Shown here piece by piece: positions 39,488-47,731 of a stretch of DNA of 64,000 nt. The notes beneath the pieces are model-generated. The model did not search any database. It worked only from the letters and a program-made list of their open reading frames with translations, and was not told where the DNA came from. Location of the stretch: contig CAWBLE010000013.1 of assembly GCA_963789505.1 (NCBI GenBank), positions 13,159 through 77,158 of the forward strand, in the 5' to 3' direction. Both the position numbers and the translations under genes were made by a program. The stretch's first letter is position 1; every line of letters begins with the position of its first letter. Source of the DNA: an uncultured Solirubrobacterales bacterium (GTDB lineage Bacteria; Actinomycetota; Thermoleophilia; Solirubrobacterales; 70-9).

Positions 39488-39608
39488 CTGACGCCGAAAA
39501 CCAAGCAGGTCGGGGGATGCAGGGAGGGCGACGAGGGGAGCGCACGAATAGTGCGTGACCCGAGGAGACCGACCGAAGACCCCGAGATGCGCCGGTTAGC
39601 GGCGTCAG
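39488..39608. repeat. Palindromic repeat family D, copy 1 (about 120 bp, 9-bp outer arms, conserved core hairpin).
   Basis: Outer arms ctgacgccg ... cggcgtcag. The core gaggggagcgcac gaata gtgcgtgacccga (39533-39563) is shared with 51708-51736. The right arm contains the MCO stop codon. Confidence 0.75.
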
Positions 39609-41163
39609 ACCACGGCGAACTGGCTCATCAGGCCATGGTCCTCGTGGTCGAGCATGTGGCAGTGGACGATGAACTTGCCGGTGTAGTCGGCGAAGTGGCC
39701 GGCGACGAGGATCCGTTCGCCGGGGTAGAGGAAGAAGGTCTCCTTGAGGCAGTCTTCCCAGGGCGGCGGCGGCTTGCCGTCGCGCGCCAGCAGGTACCAG
39801 TCGGTGTGGTGCAGGTGCATCAGGTGGGCGACGCCGGTGCGGTTGACCAGTTCCCAGGTGACGGTCGAGCCGAGCTTGACCTCGGTGTCGACGCGGGCCG
39901 GGTTGAAGGTGCGGCCGTTGATCAACCAGGTCGGGTTGAAGAGCCCGCCGATCGAGATCTCCCAGCGGTGGTCGGGCTCGCGCGAGGCGTGCCGGGTCCA
40001 GGCCGGCAGCGGGCGCAGCCGGCGCGGCACGCGGGTGCGGTCCGGGTGCCGGCGGGAGCCGACCCGGAACTGCATCAGCGCGCCGACGTAGGTCTTCGCG
40101 CCGGCGCCGTTGTGGCCGTCGCGGCGGCGGGCGCTGCGCAGCTCGACCGTCTCGCCGCGGGCGGCGGCGAAGTCGACGATCACCTCGGCCCGCTCCGCCG
40201 GGCCGAGCAGCACGTGGCCGCGGCGGACCGGCTTCGGCATCAAGCCGCTGTCGGTGCCGATCTGGATCATCGGCGCGCCGTTGGAGAGGTGGATGTCGTA
40301 GGAGCGGAAGCCGGAGACGTTGAGCAGGCGCAGCCGGTAGCGCTGCGGCGTCACGTCGTGGTGCGGCATGTAAGCGCCGTTGACGAGCACGCGGTGGCCG
40401 ACGACGCCGTCGCCCGGCGGGCGCAGGCCGGTGAACGGGTCGGTGAGCTGGTTATGGCGGTCGAAGCTGCGGTCGGCGATCATCAGCGGGATGTCGCGCG
40501 CGCCCCGCGGCAGCGGCAGCGAGGCGTCGAGCTCGTCATCGATCAGGAACATCCCGGCGAGCCCGTTCCAGACGTTGCGGCCGGTGTGGTCGAGGCGGTG
40601 GTCGTGGTACCACTGGGTCGCCGCCCGCTCGGGGCGGCCGTCCTCGTGCAGGTCGTAGACGTAGGTTTTCCGCGCCCCGGGCTCGATCAATAGGTCGTTG
40701 CCTGACTTGCGCGGCGAGAGCCCGCTGGGGATCTGGCAGTAGAAGGACCGCGGCTGCGAAGCCGTCAGGCCGCCGGGCTGGCCGTCGAACTGGGTGCGGT
40801 TGTGGCCCCCGTGCAGATGGACGGTCAGCTCGCCGACCGAGCGCGGCAGCTGGTGGTGGAAGGTGACCTCGGTGCGATGGCCCGCCGGGCGGCTGATCGT
40901 CGGGCCCGGGAAGCTGCCGCCGTAGGTCCACATCCGGGTCGGCGCGCCGGGCAGGATCTCGACCTCGGCCTCGCGGATCGGGATCTGCAGCTTCGCGCCG
41001 CGCAGCTCCTCCGGGACCGGCAGCGGCGAGCGGAACGGCGGGGGCGCGGGCGGGCTGCGCCCCCGCGCGGCGGCGGGCGCCGCGCCGTCCGGCGCAGGCC
41101 GGCCGGCAGCAGCGCGGCCAGCGCGCCGCCGCCCAGGGCGCCGAGGAATGCTCGGCGCCCCAG
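39605..41163 (-). CDS. Multicopper oxidase with a Tat-type signal. At least one apparent frameshift near 40940-41060; the start codon is unresolved.
   Basis: ORF 39605-40933 has ...TVHLHGGH...WYHDH...HLHHTDWY...HCHMLDHEDHGLM (Cu-site motifs). Upstream, in another frame, lies GRRAFLGALGGGALAALLPAG (twin-arginine). I found no ATG or GTG in the 60 nt before it. Confidence 0.75.
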
Positions 41164-41195
41164 GCGCGGCGCGGACTGCGAGGGTCCAGCCGTCG

Positions 41196-41735
41196 CTAGC
41201 CTTCCGGCAGGACGTTGATCGTGCCGTGCATCCAGGGATGGATCGCGCAGACGAAGTAGATCCTGCTCGCTCCGGCCGAGGTGTCGACGTTGACCTTCTG
41301 TACGATCGAGGTGCCGGGCTTTTCGCCGGTGAACCAGGAGTCGCCCTTCTTGCTGAGGCTGCCCATCGTGCTCCAGCCTTCGGGCCCGGCGTCGACCGGG
41401 TTGACCTTCACCGGCCCGTTGCCCTTGACCCCGTGCCATGCGGCGATCGCTTTGCAGATGTGGTGCGGGGTGAAGCAGAGCTGGCGCTGCTTCGGGGTCT
41501 TCGGCAGCGACCCTTTGGTGACCAGCGAGAACGTGTGCGGACCGACTTTGCTCGGGTTGGTCGTGTTGACCACGGCGAGGTCTTCGCCGTCGGCGATCGT
41601 CTTCGGTGCTTCAAAGCGGAGGCCGCCCTTCCCGTCTTTGATGAAGACGGTCGGGTCGGTGCCGGCCGAGGCCGTCGAGGCCAGGGCGCAGAACGCGACG
41701 AGTGCGGCAGCAGCGACAGCGATGATCTTGCTCAA
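41196..41735 (-). CDS. Secreted cupredoxin (plastocyanin/azurin-like type-1 copper protein) with a long internal insert.
   Basis: Signal peptide MSKIIAVAAAALVAFCALASTASA. Ligand candidates are GPHTFS and YFVCAIHPWMHG (C-x2-H-x2-M). The insert carries LCFTPHHICK. Confidence 0.7.
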   Translation of the reverse strand: MSKIIAVAAAALVAFCALASTASAGTDPTVFIKDGKGGLRFEAPKTIADGEDLAVVNTTNPSKVGPHTFSLVTKGSLPKTPKQRQLCFTPHHICKAIAAWHGVKGNGPVKVNPVDAGPEGWSTMGSLSKKGDSWFTGEKPGTSIVQKVNVDTSAGASRIYFVCAIHPWMHGTINVLPEG

Positions 41736-41760
41736 TCGAAATTCCTTTCAGTCAACGGTT

Positions 41761-42528
41761 TCAGGCCCGCAAGCGGTAGCCCTTCGAGAAGAGTCGCAGA
41801 TTGACCGCGAATAGAACAGCCGTCGCCGCGGTCAGGGCCAGCAGCGAGAGCGCGACGCTGACTTCGCTGAAGCCGACGAAGCCGTAGCGGACCAGGTTGA
41901 TCATGTAGAAGATCGGGTTGAAGTGGGTCAGCGTCTGGAACGGCTGCGGCAGCAGCGTCGCCGAGTAGAAGACGCCACCGAGGAAGATCAGCGGCTGCAG
42001 GACGAAGGTCTGGGCGAAGGCGACGTCGTCGAACTGTTCGGCGCGGACGCCGATCAGCACGCCGAGCTGGGCGAAGAAAAAGCCGACCAGGGCCAGTGAG
42101 GGGACCAGCACGAGGATGTGGTCGACCGGCAGGTCGACGAGCAGCGAGGCGACGGTGAAGGTGAGCAGGGCGACGATCAGGCCGCGCATGAAGCCGCCGA
42201 GCGAGAAGGCGAGCAGCAGCTCCAGCGGCGAGGCCGGCGAGGAGAGCTGGTCCTGGATCGCCCCCTGGAATTTCTGCTGCAGGATCGAGGACGAGTTGTT
42301 GGCGAAGGCGTTGATCGAGAACGACATCATGATCAGGCCGGGGATGACGAAGACGACGTATTCGATCCCGTGCAGGTCGCCGACGCGCGAGCCGAGCGCC
42401 GCGCCGAAGACCGAGATGTAGAGGAAGGTTTCCAGCAGCGGCGCGCCGATCGTCTGTTTCTTGATCTTCATGAAGCGGTTGACCTCGCGCCGCCAGAGCG
42501 TCGCGAAGCGGATCTGGGCGGGACTCAT
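41761..42528 (-). CDS. ABC-2 type transporter permease.
   Basis: 255-aa six-TM type ORF. Its start overlaps the ATPase stop. Confidence 0.75.
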   Translation of the reverse strand: MSPAQIRFATLWRREVNRFMKIKKQTIGAPLLETFLYISVFGAALGSRVGDLHGIEYVVFVIPGLIMMSFSINAFANNSSSILQQKFQGAIQDQLSSPASPLELLLAFSLGGFMRGLIVALLTFTVASLLVDLPVDHILVLVPSLALVGFFFAQLGVLIGVRAEQFDDVAFAQTFVLQPLIFLGGVFYSATLLPQPFQTLTHFNPIFYMINLVRYGFVGFSEVSVALSLLALTAATAVLFAVNLRLFSKGYRLRA

Positions 42529-43298
42529 ACGACCGGCTCCTCGATCTTCGAGCGCGAGAGCTCCTTGCGGCCGACCAGGGCCAGGTAGGCATCCTCGAGG
42601 TTGGCCACGCCGTATTTCGCCGCCAGCTCGCCGCTCGTCCCCTCGCCGACGATCTGGCCGTCGTTGATGAAGGCGATCCGGTCGCAGAGCTGCTCGGCCT
42701 CCTCCAGATAATGGGTGGTGAGCAGGATCGTCGTCCCCTCCTGGTTGATCCGCTGCACGTAGTGCCAGAGCTCGAGCCGCAGCTCGATGTCGACACCGGC
42801 GGTCGGCTCGTCGAGGATCAGGAGGCGCGGCCTGTGCATCAGCGCCCGGGCGAGGATCAGCCGCCGCTTCATCCCGCCCGAGAGCGTGCGCGTGCGTTCG
42901 TCGCGCTTCTCGGTCAGCGAGAAGGTCTCGAGCAGCTCCTTGGTCCGCTCGCGCCGCTCGCGCTTGGGCATGCCGAAGTAGCCGGCGTGGTAGTCGAGCG
43001 TCTCCTCGGCGGTCAGGAACCAGTCGAGGTTGGCCTCCTGCGGCGCGAGCCCGACCGCCTGCCGGGCGGGGCCGTAGTCCTCGATCGCGTCGTGGCCGAA
43101 GACGCTGATCGCTCCGCCGGTCGGCTGCACGAGCCCGGTCGTGCAGTGGATCAGGGTCGACTTGCCGGCGCCGTTGGGCCCGAGCAGGCCGAACAGCTCG
43201 CCGGGCTCGATCTGCAGCGAGACGCCGCGCAGCGCCTCGACCCCGGTCGGGTAGCGCTTCTTCAGTCCGTCGACGTCGAGTGCTCTCACCGGCCGCAA
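42525..43298 (-). CDS. ABC transporter ATP-binding protein (DrrA/ABC-2 exporter type).
   Basis: Walker A GPNGAGKST, signature LSGGMKRRL, Walker B LLILDEPTAGVD. Confidence 0.85.
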   Translation of the reverse strand: MRPVRALDVDGLKKRYPTGVEALRGVSLQIEPGELFGLLGPNGAGKSTLIHCTTGLVQPTGGAISVFGHDAIEDYGPARQAVGLAPQEANLDWFLTAEETLDYHAGYFGMPKRERRERTKELLETFSLTEKRDERTRTLSGGMKRRLILARALMHRPRLLILDEPTAGVDIELRLELWHYVQRINQEGTTILLTTHYLEEAEQLCDRIAFINDGQIVGEGTSGELAAKYGVANLEDAYLALVGRKELSRSKIEEPVV

Positions 43299-43329
43299 TC
43301 TACGCGACGGCCTCCCCCGGCCTCTGGAT

Positions 43330-44739
43330 CTAGAGAGTGCGCAGGGCCGAGAGCGCCGCGTTGTAGCCGCTCATCCCGCTGGCGCCGGGGCCGGGCGGGG
43401 TCGCGGCCGAGCAGATGAAGACGCCGGGGATGCCGGTCGCGTAGGGATCGAGCGCGACCCGCGGGCGGACGACCGTCTGCAGCGGCGTGTTGGCGCCGGT
43501 GATGATGTCGCCACCGATGTAGTTGGGGTTGTAGGAGGCGAGATCGGCGGGCGAGCGCACGTGGCGGGCGAGGATGCGCTCGCGCAGGCCGGGTGCGAAG
43601 CGTTCGATCTGGTCGAGCAGCGCCTCGGTCGCGTCGCCCTCGTAGCCGTGCGGGACGTGCGCGTAGCTCCAGACCGGGTGGACGTCGCCGCGCGAGCGCG
43701 AGGGGTCGGCGAGGTACTGCTGGCCGACGAGGACGAAGGGCCGCTCGGGCATGCGACCTCGATTGACTTCGCGTTCGCCGAGGGCGGTTTCCTCGAAGGA
43801 GCCGATTACGTGCACGGTCCCCGCCCGGCCCGAGGCATCGTCGGCCCAGGGCACGCCGCCCTCGACCGCGAGGTCGACCTTGAAAGCGCCGGGGCCGTGC
43901 TTGTAGCGGCGGTAGGCGCGGGCGACCCGGGACGGCAGGCGCTCGCCGGCGAGCTCGGCGACGGCGCGCGGCGCGAGGTCGAGCAGCACCGCGTCGGCGG
44001 CGGGCAGCTCGGCGAGCGAGCGCACCGGCCGGCCGGTCTCGATCTTGCCGCCGTGCTCGCGCACGACTGCGGCCAGCGCCGCGGCGATCGCCTGCGAGCC
44101 ACCGCGCGCGACCGGCCAGCCGTTGTGGTGACAGGCGGCCGTCAGCACGACGCCGGCGGCGGCGCTGAACGGGCGCGAGAAGGGGCTGAAGGAGTGCGCG
44201 GCGGTGCCGCCGAAGAGCGCCCGCGCCTCGGCGGTCGGCAGGCGACGGGCGAGCAGCGAGACCGACGCCGCCGCCCGCGGGCCGAGGGCGGCGAGGCGCA
44301 GCGGGTGCCGCGGCAGGTGCGCGACCGGGCGCATGACGTCCTCCCTGAGTTCCTCGAAGTGCTCCGCCGGCGAGCCGAAGAGGCGCTTCCAGGCGGGACC
44401 GGCCGGTCCCAGCCCCGCGGCGGTGCGCTCGATCGAGCGCTCCATCGTCGCCACGCGGCCGCCGTCGAAGGGGTGCGCGGCGTCGATCTCCGCCCAGGCC
44501 CACTCGAGCCCGTGGCGCTCGAGCCCGAGCGGCTCCAGCGCCGCCGAGCCGACCGCGAAGGGGTGCGAGGCCGAGCAGTCGTCATGCAGCAGGCCGGGCA
44601 GGGTCAGTTCGCTGGTGCGGGTGCCGCCGCCGATCGTCGGCGCCGCCTCGATCACCGTCACCGCCACCCCGCGCACGGCCAGATGCGCGGCGGCGGCGAG
44701 CCCGTTCGGCCCCGCGCCGACGACGATCGCCTCACTCAT
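43330..44739 (-). CDS. Phytoene desaturase-family (CrtI-like) NAD(P)/FAD-dependent oxidoreductase.
   Basis: 469 aa: MSEAIVVGAGPNGLAAAAHLAVRGVAVTVIEA...IGGGTRT... and C-terminal ...GGDIITGANT...FICSAATPPGPGASGMSG. Confidence 0.75.
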   Translation of the reverse strand: MSEAIVVGAGPNGLAAAAHLAVRGVAVTVIEAAPTIGGGTRTSELTLPGLLHDDCSASHPFAVGSAALEPLGLERHGLEWAWAEIDAAHPFDGGRVATMERSIERTAAGLGPAGPAWKRLFGSPAEHFEELREDVMRPVAHLPRHPLRLAALGPRAAASVSLLARRLPTAEARALFGGTAAHSFSPFSRPFSAAAGVVLTAACHHNGWPVARGGSQAIAAALAAVVREHGGKIETGRPVRSLAELPAADAVLLDLAPRAVAELAGERLPSRVARAYRRYKHGPGAFKVDLAVEGGVPWADDASGRAGTVHVIGSFEETALGEREVNRGRMPERPFVLVGQQYLADPSRSRGDVHPVWSYAHVPHGYEGDATEALLDQIERFAPGLRERILARHVRSPADLASYNPNYIGGDIITGANTPLQTVVRPRVALDPYATGIPGVFICSAATPPGPGASGMSGYNAALSALRTL

Positions 44740-44753
44740 CGCCGGTCCCTCCG

Positions 44754-44800
44754 TTCCGGTGCGCCTTTCCTACCTCTGACGTGGGAAAGGCGCACCGGAA
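44754..44800. repeat. Palindromic repeat family B, copy 2.
   Basis: ttccggtgcgcctttcc tacctctgacgtg ggaaaggcgcaccggaa. The arms are identical to those at 24039-24085. It is 15 nt upstream of the crtI-like start and 3 nt after the DUF3556 stop. Confidence 0.85.
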
Positions 44801-44802
44801 GC

Positions 44803-46512
44803 TCACAGCGTCGTGACGGGGAACGGGCCCTCGTCGAGCCAGGGTTGGCGCTTGACCATGTCGGCGACGTTGACCCAGCCCTCCTCGAGGAGGCCGTCGG
44901 CGGCGTCGAAGATCCGGTAGCGCTGGCGCTGCACGTGGGCGGCCTGCGACTCGAGCACGACGATGCGCAACTCCCCGGGCTCGAAGTGGCACCGCTCCTG
45001 GACCGCGGCGAGCAGGCGCTGGTCGTGGAAGTGGCCGTCGCCGAAGTTGTAGCCGAGCACGACCCCGGCGACCAGCTCGCCCTCGCGCACGTCGTACTGC
45101 TCGATGTCCTCGACGGCACGCGGCGTAAGCCCGTTCAGCGCCCGCCCATGCGAGTGCATCGAGCGGAAGGCGAGGCCTTTGTGGACCAGCACGTCGATCA
45201 TCTCCGGGTCGTAGGTCTTGGCGAGCTGCTCGGTGACGATCGCCGCCGGCTTGACCAGATGCTGGTCGAGCTTCGCCTCGCTGCCCTTGCGGAAGAGCCA
45301 CTGGCTGGTCGCCCAGTTGCCGGCGTAGTAGCGCATCGAGGGCAGGAAGGAGACGAGGTCGGGACGGAAGTTGCCGAGCAGCGGCAGGCCGATGCAGGTG
45401 CAGGCGAGGATGACGAGCAGCAGCGGGTCGTCGAGGGTCGAGAACGAGGTCGCGCCGTAGTGGCCGAAGAGGAAGAGGACGCCGAAGATCATGAAGATGT
45501 TCCACTCCAGCGGCACCGCCAGCGGGAAGGTCGAGAGGATGTGGAGGTGGAAGATCACCATCCCGGCGACCGCGATCGTGCCGATCCAGCCGCCCTGGGA
45601 GACGAGCAGGATCGCCGGCAGGGTGAACTCGACCACGGTGCCCATGTGGGCGGTCATCGCGCCGATCCGCGACGGGCGCAGATCCTCGGGGTGGTCGCGG
45701 TAGAGCTTCTTCTTCGCCGCCCGCCAGCGGTTCCACGGCGTGTTGCTGATCATCACCGTGACGACGAAGGGGAAGTGGCGGTTGAGCTTCGACGACGCCG
45801 CCCCCCACCAGATGCAGACGAAGACGAGCTGCGCGGCGACGATCATGTTGGTCAGCGGGAAGAGGAAAATCAGCGAGAGCGTGCCGTAGATCTCCGCCCG
45901 GGCGGCGAGGAAGGGCACCTTGTCGCGCAGGCCGAGGGCGGCCAGCAGGGCGAGCATGACGCCGACCGCGACCGGGTCGAGCCGGCCGGCGGCGCCGGCG
46001 GCCGCGTCGATCCCGCCCGAGAGCAGCAGGTTGAGCGCGGCAGCGAGCAGCCCGGCGTAGAGAGCGACGTCGAGCAGGGTGCGGCGGGTGCCGCGGGTCA
46101 GCGGGACGCGCGCGGGCCAGGGCGGCAGCCGCGTCGTCCCCGGCCGCAGCCAGTAGAGCACCCCGCCGATCATCGGCGAGAAGCGCAGGGTCAGCGGCAG
46201 CGAGCCGGCGCCGAGCCCGAGCACCTCCCAGAGCAGGGTCCAGATCACCGCCTTCTGGAAGGCGATCGGTTCGGTCCACCAGGAGCCGAGCTCGCCGAGC
46301 CCGCCGAGCCCGGGCGTCGTCGCCGAGATAAGCAGCAGGCCGCCGCCCGCGTAGAGGATCAGCTTGACGATGTAGAGCAGGTAGACGAAGTAGGGCGTGC
46401 CGAACCCGTTCAGCGCCCAGTCCTGGGCCAAAGGCTTGATCCGCTCCAGGTGGGGGCGCTGTCTCCACTCGTCGTACTCGAACGGCGGTGGGGTTGGGTC
46501 GATGAAGCCCAT
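44803..46512 (-). CDS. DUF3556-like polytopic membrane protein with a soluble C-terminal domain.
   Basis: ATG at 46512 gives MGFIDPTPPPFEYDEWRQRPHLERIKPLAQDWALNGFGTPYFVYLLYIVK... 569 aa, intact. The family assignment is from memory of the N-terminal pattern. Confidence 0.6.
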   Translation of the reverse strand: MGFIDPTPPPFEYDEWRQRPHLERIKPLAQDWALNGFGTPYFVYLLYIVKLILYAGGGLLLISATTPGLGGLGELGSWWTEPIAFQKAVIWTLLWEVLGLGAGSLPLTLRFSPMIGGVLYWLRPGTTRLPPWPARVPLTRGTRRTLLDVALYAGLLAAALNLLLSGGIDAAAGAAGRLDPVAVGVMLALLAALGLRDKVPFLAARAEIYGTLSLIFLFPLTNMIVAAQLVFVCIWWGAASSKLNRHFPFVVTVMISNTPWNRWRAAKKKLYRDHPEDLRPSRIGAMTAHMGTVVEFTLPAILLVSQGGWIGTIAVAGMVIFHLHILSTFPLAVPLEWNIFMIFGVLFLFGHYGATSFSTLDDPLLLVILACTCIGLPLLGNFRPDLVSFLPSMRYYAGNWATSQWLFRKGSEAKLDQHLVKPAAIVTEQLAKTYDPEMIDVLVHKGLAFRSMHSHGRALNGLTPRAVEDIEQYDVREGELVAGVVLGYNFGDGHFHDQRLLAAVQERCHFEPGELRIVVLESQAAHVQRQRYRIFDAADGLLEEGWVNVADMVKRQPWLDEGPFPVTTL

Positions 46513-46520
46513 GCGTGCTT

Positions 46521-46801
46521 GAGAGCCTATCCGGGCAGGGCTTTCACTCAGAGTCCATCCGAGCACCCCCGCGCACACCTGGCGGCGGCGGACGCTGCGC
46601 GGTGCGGCGTCCTCGGTCGGCCAAATAGCGCTGCTATTCGGCCTCCCTGCGTCCTTGCCCCGCTTGGTCCGGCGCTCGCCAGTCGCACACACGGGTTCTC
46701 GGATGGACTCTAACTTGTTTCGGTGGATCGCCTGTGGGCTGGCGCCCGGAGCCCACACCGAAAAAGTACAAGACGTTTCAGCCCTGCCCGGATAGGCTCT
46801 C
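46521..46801. repeat. Composite palindromic element: a family A copy (22-bp perfect arms) carrying a nested insertion.
   Basis: Arms gagagcctatccgggcagggct ... agccctgcccggataggctctc. The right interior taacttgtttcggtgg...ccgaaaaagtacaagacgtttc aligns with 28283-28351. It fills essentially the whole divergent intergenic region. Confidence 0.8.
46549..46710. repeat. Nested palindromic element (13-bp arms) with family D modules, inserted between cact and taact of the family A copy.
   Basis: Arms gagtccatccgag ... ctcggatggactc. Its reverse complement contains accaagcgg, ggcaaggacgcaggga, ccgaatag and gaggacgccgc, matching modules of the 39488, 51662 and 9094 elements. Confidence 0.65.
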
Positions 46802-46804
46802 TCG

Positions 46805-47680
46805 GTGAGCATCAGTGGACGCCCCTTGCTCGTCGTCGACACGCCCTCGATGCTGTTTCGGGCGTTCTACGCCTTGCCCGACTCGATCGTGGGGCCGGAC
46901 GGAAAGCCGGTTAATGCTCTGCTGGGGACGGCGAATCTTGTCTTGCGGGAGGTGGAAGTTCACACGCCGCGGGCGGTGGTGCTCTGCTTCGGGCCGGATG
47001 CGGCGTCTTACCGGACCGAGCTGTATCCGGCGTATCACGCGGAGCGGGAGGCGGCTATGCCGGATGACCTGGCGCCGCAGTTCGTCGCCGCGCGGGAGTT
47101 CTTCGAAGCGTTTGGGTGGGTCGTGGCGACCAGCGATGCGCTCGAGGCGGACGATTTGCTCGGCACCTATGCGAGTCGCGAGGCGGAAGCGGGTGGACGG
47201 GCACTGCTATTGACCGGGGACCGCGACATGTATCAGTGCGCCGCCGAGCGGGTCACGGTGCTCTACGTCAAAACGGGCGGCGGCAAAGGCGCCGAAGAGG
47301 TCGGGCCGGCGCAGGTGCGCGAGCGCTACGGCGTCGACCCCGAGCAGGTGCCCGACTTCATCGCCCTGCGCGGCGACCCCGCCGACGGCCTGCCCGGCGC
47401 CAGGGGCGTCGGGCCGAAGACCGCCGCCGACCTGCTGCGCAAGCACGGCTCGCTCGAGGCGACGCTCGAGGGCGCGATGCGCGAGCAGCGCCCCAAACTG
47501 CGCGCCGCCCTGCTCGACGCCCGCGAGGATCTGCTCGCCTTCAAGGACATCGCCACCCTGCGCGACGCCGGCGTCGACCCCCCGCCCGACCGCCCGACCG
47601 AGTGGCCCGGCGCGGCGGCCGCCGCCCGCGAGCGCGGCATGAACCGCCTCGCCGAGCGGCTCGAGGCGAACGCCACCTGA
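46805..47680 (+). CDS. 5'-3' exonuclease (FEN / Pol I N-terminal domain family).
   Basis: GTG at 46805 gives MSISGRPLLVVDTPSMLFRAFYALP...LLLTGDRDMYQC...FIALRGDPADGLPGARGVGPKTAADLL (H3TH). Confidence 0.8.
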   Translation: MSISGRPLLVVDTPSMLFRAFYALPDSIVGPDGKPVNALLGTANLVLREVEVHTPRAVVLCFGPDAASYRTELYPAYHAEREAAMPDDLAPQFVAAREFFEAFGWVVATSDALEADDLLGTYASREAEAGGRALLLTGDRDMYQCAAERVTVLYVKTGGGKGAEEVGPAQVRERYGVDPEQVPDFIALRGDPADGLPGARGVGPKTAADLLRKHGSLEATLEGAMREQRPKLRAALLDAREDLLAFKDIATLRDAGVDPPPDRPTEWPGAAAAARERGMNRLAERLEANAT

Positions 47681-47728
47681 GCGCAGCCGACATTCACCCC
47701 ACCGTAGGTGGGTCAATGTCGGCTGCGC
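47681..47728. terminator. Long compound hairpin between convergent genes; candidate bidirectional terminator.
   Basis: gcgcagccgacatt ca cccacc gta ggtggg t c aatgtcggctgcgc. With a 3-nt bulge the arms extend to include both flanking stop codons (cTGAg ... cTCAg). Confidence 0.55.
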
Positions 47729-47731
47729 TGC

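Noticed and set aside
43561-46713. 1050-aa ORF on the plus strand.
   Set aside because: It runs antisense to two well-supported minus-strand genes (crtI-like and DUF3556). Its translation is Arg/Gly/Ala/Asp-rich low-complexity sequence, typical of stop-free antisense frames in very GC-rich DNA.
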